From positions 110,276 through 174,275 of the forward strand of contig JBAYGN010000001.1 in assembly GCA_041666645.1 (NCBI GenBank): DNA of 64,000 bases, in the 5' to 3' direction. Source of the DNA: Minisyncoccota bacterium. Lineage in GTDB: Bacteria > Patescibacteriota > Minisyncoccia > Phycocordibacterales > UBA5272. The notes beneath the pieces are model-generated. The model was not told the origin of the DNA, did no database searches, and saw only the letters and a list, made by a program, of their open reading frames with translations. Position numbers and translations under genes: made by a program. Below are positions 56,574-64,000 of the stretch, in pieces (position 1 is the first letter of the stretch; each line of letters begins with the position of its first letter).

Positions 56574-57815
56574 ATGAAAAGTGATAATAAAAAAATTAGA
56601 GTTGTTGAATTGTTCGCTGGTGTTGGTGGTTTCCATATAGGTTTAAAGAGAGCTTCAAAAGATTTTGAGGTGGTTTTAAGTAATCAATGGGAGCCAGCCA
56701 CAAAGAAGCAACATGCTTCAGAAGTTTATATAGAACGATTCGGGTCTGATGGACATACTAATGTTGATATTAAAACACTTACTATCTCCGAAATTCCAGA
56801 ACATGATTTGTTAGTAGGAGGATTTCCTTGCCAAGATTATTCTGTTGCAACTAGTCAAGCAAGTGGTCTTGATGGAAAAAAAGGAGTGTTGTGGTGGGAG
56901 ATTCATAGAATTTTAAAAGAGAGTGGTAAAAAAGCACCTTCATATTTAATGTTAGAAAATGTTGACCGTCTACTGAAATCACCAACATCACAAAGAGGTA
57001 GAGATTTCGCAATCATGCTTTCTTCTCTTAATAGTCTTGGGTATGCTGTAGAATGGAGAATAATTAACGCGGCTGATTATGGTATGCCACAACGAAGAAG
57101 AAGAGTGTTTATTATGGGATATAAGAAGGGAACTGCTTTATACGAGAAAATTACAGAGAATAAAGATGTATCTGATTGGATAAAAAAAACTGGGACAATA
57201 GCAAAAGCTTTTCCTGTCAAAAAAGAAGTCTACTTAAATGATTTCAAAATTGAAGGAACTCTTGCAGAAATTACAAAAGAGTTTAATAAAGAAAATCCAT
57301 CGAGAAGCCCATTTGGTACTGCTGGGGTATCTATTAATGGAAAAGTAACTACTGGTGATATTGAACCAGATTATTCTGGTAAGCGTATTAACCTTGGTGA
57401 TATTGTATTAGACGAGAAAGATGTCCCTAAAGAATTTTTTATAGAGAAAAAAGATATAGAAAAATGGAAATATCTAAAAGGGGCAAAGAAGGAAGAGCGT
57501 AGTAAAGGTGATTTTACTTTCTTTTATGTTGAAGGTCCTATGGTATTTCCTGACTCACTCGATAAACCATCAAGAACAATCATTACAGCTGAAGGAGGGT
57601 CAACACCTTCTCGTTTTAAACATGTTATAAAAACAAAATCTGGAAAGCTAAGAAGACTAACTCCTTTGGAATTAGAAAGATTATGTATGTTCCCTGATAA
57701 TCATACAGAAGGTCAAGCAGATACAAAAAGAGCTTTCTTTATGGGCAACGCTTTAGTTGTCGGTGTCATAGAAAGGTTAGGAAAACACCTTTCTAAAGAA
57801 GTGTCTAAAGATTAG
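56574..57815 (+). CDS. dcm: DNA (cytosine-5)-methyltransferase
   Basis: Motif I FAGVGGF, motif IV GGFPCQDYS, motif VI ENV, motif VIII QRRRRVF, motif X GNALVV. I prefer the ATG at 56574 to the track TTG at 56535. Confidence 0.92.
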   Translation: MKSDNKKIRVVELFAGVGGFHIGLKRASKDFEVVLSNQWEPATKKQHASEVYIERFGSDGHTNVDIKTLTISEIPEHDLLVGGFPCQDYSVATSQASGLDGKKGVLWWEIHRILKESGKKAPSYLMLENVDRLLKSPTSQRGRDFAIMLSSLNSLGYAVEWRIINAADYGMPQRRRRVFIMGYKKGTALYEKITENKDVSDWIKKTGTIAKAFPVKKEVYLNDFKIEGTLAEITKEFNKENPSRSPFGTAGVSINGKVTTGDIEPDYSGKRINLGDIVLDEKDVPKEFFIEKKDIEKWKYLKGAKKEERSKGDFTFFYVEGPMVFPDSLDKPSRTIITAEGGSTPSRFKHVIKTKSGKLRRLTPLELERLCMFPDNHTEGQADTKRAFFMGNALVVGVIERLGKHLSKEVSKD

Positions 57816-58083
57816 TATTAGTTGAAATTCCTATTTTAGATAAGTTAATTAGCAGTTGCTTACTAGATTCCTCAAAACCGCCTTCAAAAAGAAAAGAATC
57901 TGAATGGTCAACCCATACAATTTCTGGAACTGTTTCTAAAATTAGTTCACTTATATTTTTATGAAGACTTTTTATTTCTTCTTTTGACAGTTTAGATTCT
58001 ACTAAAGATTTCTCTATAGTCTCAAGCAGGGTTGGGAGTTCTTTGTTATCAGGCTTAAATTGTTCACTCCATTTAATTGTCAT
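57805..58083 (-). CDS. Hypothetical protein
   Basis: 92-aa ORF. No motif recognised. Confidence 0.4.
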   Translation of the reverse strand: MTIKWSEQFKPDNKELPTLLETIEKSLVESKLSKEEIKSLHKNISELILETVPEIVWVDHSDSFLFEGGFEESSKQLLINLSKIGISTNTNL

Positions 58084-58121
58084 TATTATATACTACTCCT
58101 TTTTATCTAAGTTGAAAACCT

Positions 58122-58445
58122 TTAAATTCTATTTGTATCAACTGTTTCTTTAGATAAATTATCCAAATCTTCTACAACTGCAATAAATTCTCTTTCTTCT
58201 TTTTCAATTTTAGCTAACTCTTTATCTGAATATTCAGTTTTTAAACTTTCTTCTCTTGTTACCTTTTTTAAATATAAATATATTAACCACTCAACACCCA
58301 CTGCGAATATAAACAATAAAATACTTAAAACTGGGTGATTAGTGTGCTTAAAACTATTTATAAAATTACTAAACATTCCCAATACAAGCCAAATGCCGAC
58401 AAACTCTATCCAATAGTTCTTTATCCAAGATTTTAGGGATTTCAT
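58122..58445 (-). CDS. Hypothetical membrane protein
   Basis: 107 aa with two hydrophobic helices. Confidence 0.45.
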   Translation of the reverse strand: MKSLKSWIKNYWIEFVGIWLVLGMFSNFINSFKHTNHPVLSILLFIFAVGVEWLIYLYLKKVTREESLKTEYSDKELAKIEKEEREFIAVVEDLDNLSKETVDTNRI

Positions 58446-58545
58446 AAAAATTATTAGTTAAATTATATCACAAAAGCTACCTAATTAAGGTAGCTTTTGT
58501 TGTCATTTAATTCTATGCTCATCGAGCACCAGAACCTAAACGACT

Positions 58546-58635
58546 TGGCGGAGGATGTGAGATTCGAACTCACGGTCCGGTTGCCCAGACGACAGTTTAG
58601 TAAACTGTTGCTTTAGACCACTCAGCCAATCCTCC
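58546..58635 (-). tRNA. Type II tRNA-Ser with an apparent ACU anticodon; CCA encoded
   Basis: Acceptor GGAGGAT/ATCCTCC plus G73 and CCA. D arm GCT/AGC. Anticodon arm ACAGT-TTACTAA-ACTGT. Long variable arm. T arm CGTGA-GTTCGAATC-TCACA. Confidence 0.75.
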
Positions 58636-58684
58636 AATTTTAATACAATACACAAATGCACGGAATTTATTTTTACAAATAAAA

Positions 58685-58802
58685 TGCGGAGACGGCGGGA
58701 TCGGTCATCTCGTCTCGTTTTATGATTACATAAAACAGAAGACTCCGCGACCCCCATTCGAACCCCGACGAAAGCAAAGCAGTTTGCTTTCTCCGTCTCC
58801 GC
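58685..58802 (-). repeat. tRNA-linked structured module, copy E (between the two tRNA-Ser genes)
   Basis: The minus strand reads GCGGAGACGG, then GAAAGCAAA-CTGC-TTTGCTTTC, then CGGGGTTCGAATG, then a hairpin beginning GGGGTCGCGG and ending GATGACC. It finishes with GATCCCGCCGTCTCCGCA, a 17-nt repeat of the tRNA-Ser(GCU) 3' end (58685-58701 equals 58825-58841). Confidence 0.8.
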
Positions 58803-58826
58803 AGATTTTCACTGCATTTCAATCTG

Positions 58827-58913
58827 CGGAGACGGCGGGATTCGAACCCGCGAGGGCTTTAACACCCTGCCTCTTTAGCAAAGAGGTACGTTCGACCACT
58901 CTGACACGTCTCC
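58827..58913 (-). tRNA. tRNA-Ser (GCU), type II
   Basis: Acceptor GGAGACG/CGTCTCC plus G73. Anticodon arm CCTCT-TTGCTAA-AGAGG. Long variable arm. T arm GCGGG-TTCGAAT-CCCGC. The D stem is weak in my manual fold. Confidence 0.8.
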
Positions 58914-59003
58914 GAATGTTTCGTATTCTAACATATTTTATGGTCGCTTTCTACACCCAAAATAGTTATACTAAAAATATATAAACCAACTTAATTAACT
59001 TGT

Positions 59004-59303
59004 ATGAAAGGATTTTTAAATTTTATTAGGTCTCAAGGTGTTATGGGTCTAGCTGTCGGTTTTCTTTTAGGAGGTGCTGTTGGTGACCTTGTAAAATCAC
59101 TAATGGTAAACGTTGTTAATCCTTTACTTGGTATTTTGCTTAACCAAGCACAAGGAATAACAGATGCTTCTGTTATCATTGTTGGTGCAGACATTAAATA
59201 TGGTGCACTCTTCATAACACTTACAAACTTTTTTGTTATAGCTGCAGTTGTGTATTTTGGTGTTAAAGGTCTCGGGTTAGATAAGATAGATAAAAAAGAT
59301 TAA
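59004..59303 (+). CDS. mscL: Large-conductance mechanosensitive channel
   Basis: 99 aa. The N-terminus FIRSQGVMGLAVGFLLGGAVGDLVKSLMVNVVNPLLG is typical of MscL. A terminator hairpin and T-run lie at 59318-59345. Confidence 0.85.
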   Translation: MKGFLNFIRSQGVMGLAVGFLLGGAVGDLVKSLMVNVVNPLLGILLNQAQGITDASVIIVGADIKYGALFITLTNFFVIAAVVYFGVKGLGLDKIDKKD

Positions 59304-59354
59304 TAACTAAAAATAAAAACGGACCCGTAGATCCGTTTTTTTATGTAAAGGGTT

Positions 59355-59696
59355 TTACTTTCTGCTTCCGTTTCGCCTTCCCATTTTTGGGCGGTTGGGT
59401 GAGTTTTGTCTCACCTCTTGCCTTAGAACAGCAAGTCCGCCGTGTGGAAACCTTGAACAGATAATTCTGTGTGTCATTGGTTTCGTTGATTTCGAGAGAC
59501 CTTTGTAGCAAACAAGATGAGCTTGAGGGAAAATTTGTTTTACCATTTTAGAGTGCTCCATTTCCAATACATGTTTAAGGGAAGGTTCATTCAATTCACT
59601 CACAGAAAATGTTGACGATATCCCCGAAGAGATTGCCTCCAAAACTTTCTTCAAAAATGAACCTGGCAACCGACTATCAAGTACAACCAAATACAT
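59355..59696 (-). CDS. Hypothetical protein with a basic C-terminal tail
   Basis: 113-aa ORF. No motif recognised. Confidence 0.4.
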   Translation of the reverse strand: MYLVVLDSRLPGSFLKKVLEAISSGISSTFSVSELNEPSLKHVLEMEHSKMVKQIFPQAHLVCYKGLSKSTKPMTHRIICSRFPHGGLAVLRQEVRQNSPNRPKMGRRNGSRK

Positions 59697-59843
59697 ATCG
59701 TTTCTCCTTTTGTAAATAACTCCTAAAGTAATCTACCATACATGGATAACAAAAACAAAACGCGACCTTGCGGTCGCGTTTTGTTTGTTTGATTTTGCTC
59801 TGGTATGAGCTATACCCTTTTAAAGGCATCGAGACGATATCTT

Positions 59844-60380
59844 TTAATTCATATCAGTCTCGATTTTTTTCATAATAGCAAATACTTCATCAGGATATTC
59901 AGGTACAACTGTTCCGTTGTAATAGTAAAGCTTATCCATTGTAGATTTACCAGCATAGTAACGAGCAGTCTTTGGGTTAGCGCCTCCTAAGTTTTTACCA
60001 AGAGCTTCAATAGCCTGTGCGTAACTTGAGAAGTTATTAAGCTTACATGATCCCCAACCGAAAGGATTGTGACCACAAGCAGCTTTACCACCTGAAGATT
60101 CACGAACACCGATGGCAGGAAGAAGTCTCCAATCTAGACCATACTTTTCAGCTACAAGTACGAATGTCATACCTGTACCTAGAAGAGGCATAGAACGTTC
60201 ACGGAAATACACATCGATAGCATCGGCTTTCTGCTGACGTAAGTCGTCCACTGATATTTCTACAGAATTATTTGCAGAAGTATTAAGTGAACCAATATGT
60301 GAGACTAGTGAGATACTCGGGATGGCCATGAATGGCACAAACGCAAGAATCCGACTGGCCTTATAAATGTTTTTTATCAT
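59844..60380 (-). CDS. Secreted protein, possible peptidoglycan hydrolase or transglycosylase-like
   Basis: 178 aa. N-terminal TM or signal sequence. AIGVRESSGG...NPFGWG loosely resembles lytic transglycosylase or glucosaminidase cores. Terminator at 59757-59783. Confidence 0.45.
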   Translation of the reverse strand: MIKNIYKASRILAFVPFMAIPSISLVSHIGSLNTSANNSVEISVDDLRQQKADAIDVYFRERSMPLLGTGMTFVLVAEKYGLDWRLLPAIGVRESSGGKAACGHNPFGWGSCKLNNFSSYAQAIEALGKNLGGANPKTARYYAGKSTMDKLYYYNGTVVPEYPDEVFAIMKKIETDMN

Positions 60381-60672
60381 AGATTAGTAGTTTCGCTCTA
60401 CAAAACGGTCTGTGGTCTGGATTTCGGTGAAAATAAAATATCTGAACTCATTGATACGAACTCAGATATCTACGTTTAACCTTGTTTTTATTACCTCACC
60501 ATTGTAGCAAATACCAACCATTTTGTCAAGCATTTCAACACAAAATAGCCTACTTTGTCAAATCTAAACCTAATTAAACCCTTATTTTATAAGTATTTCT
60601 TGCAATTACCCAAAAAAGTGCTATAATTCGTAAATTGTCAAAAAAGACAGTTCCTGATCATTTCTCGTTCAT

Positions 60673-60744
60673 GGCCCTATCGTCTATCGGTTAGGACGTA
60701 TCCTTCTCAAGGATAAAAGCAGAGTTCGACTCTCTGTAGGGTCA
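60673..60744 (+). tRNA. tRNA-Glu (CUC)
   Basis: Acceptor GGCCCTA/TAGGGTC. D arm GTCT/GGAC region. Anticodon arm TATCC-TTCTCAA-GGATA. T arm CAGAG-TTCGACT-CTCTG. Followed by a terminator hairpin at 60748-60782. Confidence 0.85.
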
Positions 60745-60798
60745 CATCAACAAAAACACAGGTTATTCCTGTGTTTTTGTTGACTGTGGTCAATGGAA

Positions 60799-60886
60799 GT
60801 AAACCACCTGCGTGGTTTACGAGAGAGTCGAATACGGGGTCGCGAAACTACTTCGAGCGAAGCAAGGTAGTTTTGTGACTGACTCT
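60799..60886 (+). repeat. tRNA-linked structured module, copy C
   Basis: GTAAACCAC-CTGC-GTGGTTTAC, then AGAGTCGAATAC, then the hairpin GGGGTCGCGAAACTAC...GTAGTTTTGTGAC, then TGACTCT. The last segment echoes the tRNA-Glu T-loop/T-stem CGACTCT. Confidence 0.8.
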
Positions 60887-60924
60887 ATATACTTGTGATA
60901 TTTTTAATAAGTTATTAAATATCC

Positions 60925-61827
60925 CTACCCTCTTTTGAGATAGACTTTCACAAAACTACTTTTTAGTTCTGCCGCTTGAGCTGATAACACGTTTACATCT
61001 CCATTTCTAGCTGAAGATACAACCCTCTCCAACTTTTGACGAATATTTTGTATTTCTTCATCATTAGTAACTTCTTCTACAGATTTTAATTTATCACTCA
61101 CCTCTGGATAAACCTCAATAACTAGTGTCACGTCTTTTGCATCAGCTGCTGCTATTACTTTTTCCATGGCATCATGGAAATCTACTAAATATACAGCAAG
61201 TATTGAGAAGCCATTTCTTTTTAAGATTTCTTGAAAAACTGGACGTATGGCTTCAAAGTCTTTGTGCGCTTCTTGTAAGTCACCAGTAGCAACTTTTTCT
61301 TTCATAGAAGAAATAATATTTTTAACTTCTAAGATATCCATATCAAATATTTCATCTGAAGATATGACATAAGGGTGATACTTTGAATACTTCTGATAAA
61401 ACACATCGTACCCTTTAGTTAAATTATCGTAGTTATTTAATGATTCCGTGCGATTGTTTTGCCCAGTAAAGAAAAGTGTCTGCTTATAAAACTGATTCAT
61501 TTTATTGAAATCTTCTAAAAAGATTTTTTTAGTAAAGAAAATACTGGTATAAATTCCCGCAGTTATTATAAAGATATATAATAAAACAAAAGAAAGGTAG
61601 GAAGTTTTTGATAGTTTCTTACCGTCTTTGGAAAAGGTGTTTATCTTAAACAGATTATACAGTATGCAATATTTAACAAGTGAAGTAATAAGCATTATAA
61701 TCCCAAAAATATATGCAATTATTTGTAATACTCCATATGTCCAAAAAAGAGCTATAAGAAAAAATATTCCTGCTAGGAAAAATCTGATAAGTCTATCTAT
61801 CTCACCAATATTTTTTGTGATTTTCAT
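60925..61827 (-). CDS. Membrane protein with a DUF2892-like N-terminus
   Basis: 300 aa. The IGEIDRLIRFFLAGIFFLIALF pattern is followed by further TM helices and a soluble C-terminal half. Confidence 0.5.
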   Translation of the reverse strand: MKITKNIGEIDRLIRFFLAGIFFLIALFWTYGVLQIIAYIFGIIMLITSLVKYCILYNLFKINTFSKDGKKLSKTSYLSFVLLYIFIITAGIYTSIFFTKKIFLEDFNKMNQFYKQTLFFTGQNNRTESLNNYDNLTKGYDVFYQKYSKYHPYVISSDEIFDMDILEVKNIISSMKEKVATGDLQEAHKDFEAIRPVFQEILKRNGFSILAVYLVDFHDAMEKVIAAADAKDVTLVIEVYPEVSDKLKSVEEVTNDEEIQNIRQKLERVVSSARNGDVNVLSAQAAELKSSFVKVYLKRG

Positions 61828-62110
61828 ATTTGTTATTTAAATATTAATTAGTTTGTTAAAAACCTCAAACTGAAACCCAATGATCTCATTTATATATTAT
61901 AGCTTACTTTATAATGACTACCATTCTTATCTGTTATATACATTATAAATAACAAGAAAGATTCAAATTAAATTTTATTTATATAACTCTAATAAAAGCT
62001 TTGCAACAACCTAATACTTTTTATTTTTAATACTGTATATTTGGTTTTTACCTAATAAAGACCTATTAACATGCACTAATATGTGGTGCGATATGTTAAT
62101 ATAAAAACAA

Positions 62111-62278
62111 ATGACTACCACAACTACAAATTCAAATAAAAAATGCATTTTCTGCAAACTAGACATAAGTGACAGAAAAGAACGTCCAGGGGGAGATAGT
62201 GTGAAGTATTGCAGTAGTAAATGTAGAAAGGCTGATATGAGGAACTCTGGCAAAATGAAGAAGTCTAAAAAAAGATAG
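62111..62278 (+). CDS. Small zinc-ribbon protein (55 aa), not in the ORF track
   Basis: My own translation: MTTTTTNSNKKCIFCKLDISDRKERPGGDSVKYCSSKCRKADMRNSGKMKKSKKR. It has a CxxC...CxxxC pattern and a basic tail. It competes with the unlikely minus ORF at 62011-62253. Confidence 0.45.
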   Translation: MTTTTTNSNKKCIFCKLDISDRKERPGGDSVKYCSSKCRKADMRNSGKMKKSKKR

Positions 62279-62317
62279 TTCTTTATCTTTTAGAAAGTTG
62301 AGAAATAAGGATACACC

Positions 62318-62803
62318 CTATAGATAACTATCAAAATATATGGCGTGACAAGTATAGCCGCCTGGATTTTTCTCCAAATAATCCTGATGGTAGTCTTCCG
62401 CAAGATAAAACTTCTTAAGTGGCTCTAGGGTTGTAACGACTGGATTATTCCAACGTCCAGATTTGTTGACAATATCTATAAAGTTTTCAGCCTCATTTTT
62501 CTCTTCTTCATTGGCATAAAAGATGGCTGATCGGTAAGAGGAACCTACGTCATTCCCTTGCTGATTGAGGGTTGTTGAGTTGTGTATTTGAAAGAAAAAA
62601 TCTAACAATTTTTTGTAAGAAGTTTTTTCGGTATCATACTCTATTTCAACTGCTTCTGCATGCCCTCCATGGTTTTCGTATGTAGGATTTTCTACATCAC
62701 CCCCTGTATAACCTACACGCGTATTTATTACGCCTACTTGTTTCCGTATAAGATCTTGTAATCCCCAAAAACACCCTCCAGCTAATACTGCTTTTTTAAT
62801 CAT
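62318..62803 (-). CDS. msrA: Peptide methionine (S)-sulfoxide reductase
   Basis: GGCFWG active-site motif. I prefer the ATG at 62803 ([14 protein letters not shown]), because the track's N-terminal extension overlaps msrB. Confidence 0.9.
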   Translation of the reverse strand: MIKKAVLAGGCFWGLQDLIRKQVGVINTRVGYTGGDVENPTYENHGGHAEAVEIEYDTEKTSYKKLLDFFFQIHNSTTLNQQGNDVGSSYRSAIFYANEEEKNEAENFIDIVNKSGRWNNPVVTTLEPLKKFYLAEDYHQDYLEKNPGGYTCHAIYFDSYL

Positions 62804-62805
62804 AA

Positions 62806-63162
62806 TTATTTTCCTGGGATAAATTTCATTGAAATTGAATTTACACAATGGCGTACGTTTTTGTCTGTTAAGTTCTCTCCCGCAAACACATGCCCTAAAT
62901 GTCCACCACATTTTGCACAAGTTATTTCTGTTCTCACACCATCTGCATCCAAACTTTTGTGAACTGCTCCTTTTATTTCGTCATCAAAGCTTGGCCAACC
63001 ACAATTAGATTCAAACTTATCTTTAGAATCATATAGAGGTGCGCAACACTGTCTACAAACATATATCCCTGTTTCTTTATTATTAACATATTCACCGACA
63101 AAAGGCGCTTCCGTCTCTTTATCAATTATTACTTTTTTTTCTTCGGGTGTTAATTCATTCAT
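62806..63162 (-). CDS. msrB: Peptide methionine (R)-sulfoxide reductase
   Basis: 118 aa. Zinc motifs CRQCCAPL and [12 protein letters not shown], plus RHCVNS with the catalytic Cys. Confidence 0.9.
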   Translation of the reverse strand: MNELTPEEKKVIIDKETEAPFVGEYVNNKETGIYVCRQCCAPLYDSKDKFESNCGWPSFDDEIKGAVHKSLDADGVRTEITCAKCGGHLGHVFAGENLTDKNVRHCVNSISMKFIPGK

Positions 63163-63168
63163 GGTATT

Positions 63169-64000
63169 TTATCTCATCCCCCATTCAGATTCTTGGCGGA
63201 CTAATACCTGTTGTGGGTCATGAGTTTCTGCAAGAATCATCTTCACAGCTCTTTCCATGCGCATACTCTGTGAGCCTTTTATATATACAATATCCCCCTC
63301 TTTTAATATCTGCACGAGTTCTTTACCTACATCTATTGCTGTGTCGCATTGCATTATATTTTCATCTAACATACCACCGTCCAAAGCACCTTCCGCGGTA
63401 GAACGTGAACGTATACCGACTGTAAAAAGTTTATGACATGATTTTGCGGCTATCTGTCCAATTTTGTAATGTTCATCATGTGTAAATTGTCCAAGCTCCA
63501 ACATATCTCCAAGAACAGCAATCTTGCGCCCGCTTGTTTCCATTTTGCTTAATGTCTCCAATCCGTGTTCCGTTGCTTTTGGTGACGCGTTATAAGTATC
63601 ATCAATAATAATTGAATCGTTCATTCCTGAAAGCAATCGCATGCGTCCTTTAGGTTTATCTGCATCGCGAATGGAAGCGCAGGCTATCTCAATCGGAATA
63701 GCAAGTTCACGCGCGATAGCAATAGCTGGTAGCGCAGAATAAACAGCCGACTTACCTATAACTTCTGGAAGAACCAAGTGGTGTTTGGCTCCATCTACAA
63801 CTATATCTGCTTCAGTTCCTTGTAATGGTTTTCCATAAAGCTTTACATCATTCGCTTTAATATCCGCCTGCTCATGTATTCCAACACCAACTTTTCTACA
63901 TTCAGTTGTACTTAATAATTTCTGCGCATCGTGATCATCTGCATTAAAAATAAATAAACCAGTATTTTTTAAAGCTTCAACTAAATACCCTTTTTCTTTT
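63169..64000 (-). CDS. murF: UDP-N-acetylmuramoyl-tripeptide--D-alanyl-D-alanine ligase (partial; N-terminus beyond the window end)
   Basis: The reading frame stays open upstream of the track start at 63777 all the way to the window edge. IIDDTYNASP and AVLGDMLELG are typical of the Mur ligase C-terminal half. Confidence 0.85.
   Translation of the reverse strand, partial: KEKGYLVEALKNTGLFIFNADDHDAQKLLSTTECRKVGVGIHEQADIKANDVKLYGKPLQGTEADIVVDGAKHHLVLPEVIGKSAVYSALPAIAIARELAIPIEIACASIRDADKPKGRMRLLSGMNDSIIIDDTYNASPKATEHGLETLSKMETSGRKIAVLGDMLELGQFTHDEHYKIGQIAAKSCHKLFTVGIRSRSTAEGALDGGMLDENIMQCDTAIDVGKELVQILKEGDIVYIKGSQSMRMERAVKMILAETHDPQQVLVRQESEWGMR

Larger units (their letters stand above)
41942..58564. 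mobile_element. ~16.6-kb genomic island inserted at the 3' end of the tRNA-Ser at 58546-58635
   Basis: Bounded by direct repeats of the tRNA 3' end. It carries a serine recombinase, terminase genes, R-M and defence-type genes. Housekeeping genes flank it on both sides. Confidence 0.8.

Noticed and set aside
56454-56636. Track ORF of 60 aa in the R-M divergent intergenic region
   Set aside because: It overlaps the promoter region and the 5' end of the methyltransferase gene, and its composition is featureless.
58536-58984. Track ORFs 58536-58757 (minus) and 58784-58984 (plus)
   Set aside because: They overlap the two tRNA-Ser genes and the structured module between them.
62804-62920. N-terminal 39-aa extension of the msrA ORF in the track
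   Set aside because: It overlaps the 3' end of msrB in another frame. The conserved MsrA N-terminus ([14 protein letters not shown]) starts at the ATG at 62803, right after the msrB stop.

Overview
This is a low-GC bacterial chromosome segment, mostly coded on the minus strand. The gene content suggests a Patescibacteria/CPR-like organism: a reduced housekeeping set, a large type IV pilus plus comFC cluster, and many promoters of leaderless type. That lineage call is inference only. Housekeeping genes recognised: obg (partial), rpoD, dnaG, rpoC, rpoB, family-4 UDG, a peroxiredoxin, a DEAD-box helicase, a HemK-like methyltransferase, trhO, a HIT hydrolase, gatA, gatC, ligA, mscL, msrA, msrB and murF (partial). 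There is a 13-gene type IV pilus locus (26.4-37.5 kb) followed by comFC, and a flavin cluster (FMN-binding protein, ApbE, membrane FNR-like reductase). Six tRNAs are present: Asp-GUC, two CAU, Ser with an apparent ACU anticodon, Ser-GCU and Glu-CUC. The accessory part is a ~16.6-kb island (41942-58564) bounded by a direct repeat of the 3' end of the tRNA-Ser at 58546-58635. It carries three things. (i) A translationally coupled six-gene operon: a Gabija-like OLD-family nuclease and UvrD-like helicase followed by four uncharacterised genes. (ii) A ParB-methylase plus small and large terminase module with no phage structural genes. (iii) A large serine recombinase, an HNH nuclease and a MutH/Sau3AI-like restriction enzyme with a C5 methyltransferase. 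The most unusual non-coding signal is a family of five structured ~95-120 nt modules lying 3' of tRNA genes. Their stems covary, one hairpin loop (CTGC) is invariant, and each ends in a copy of the neighbouring tRNA's 3' end. One copy is separated from its tRNA by the whole island. Several candidate independent or leader RNAs with their own promoter and terminator are also described. No rRNA and no CRISPR array were seen.
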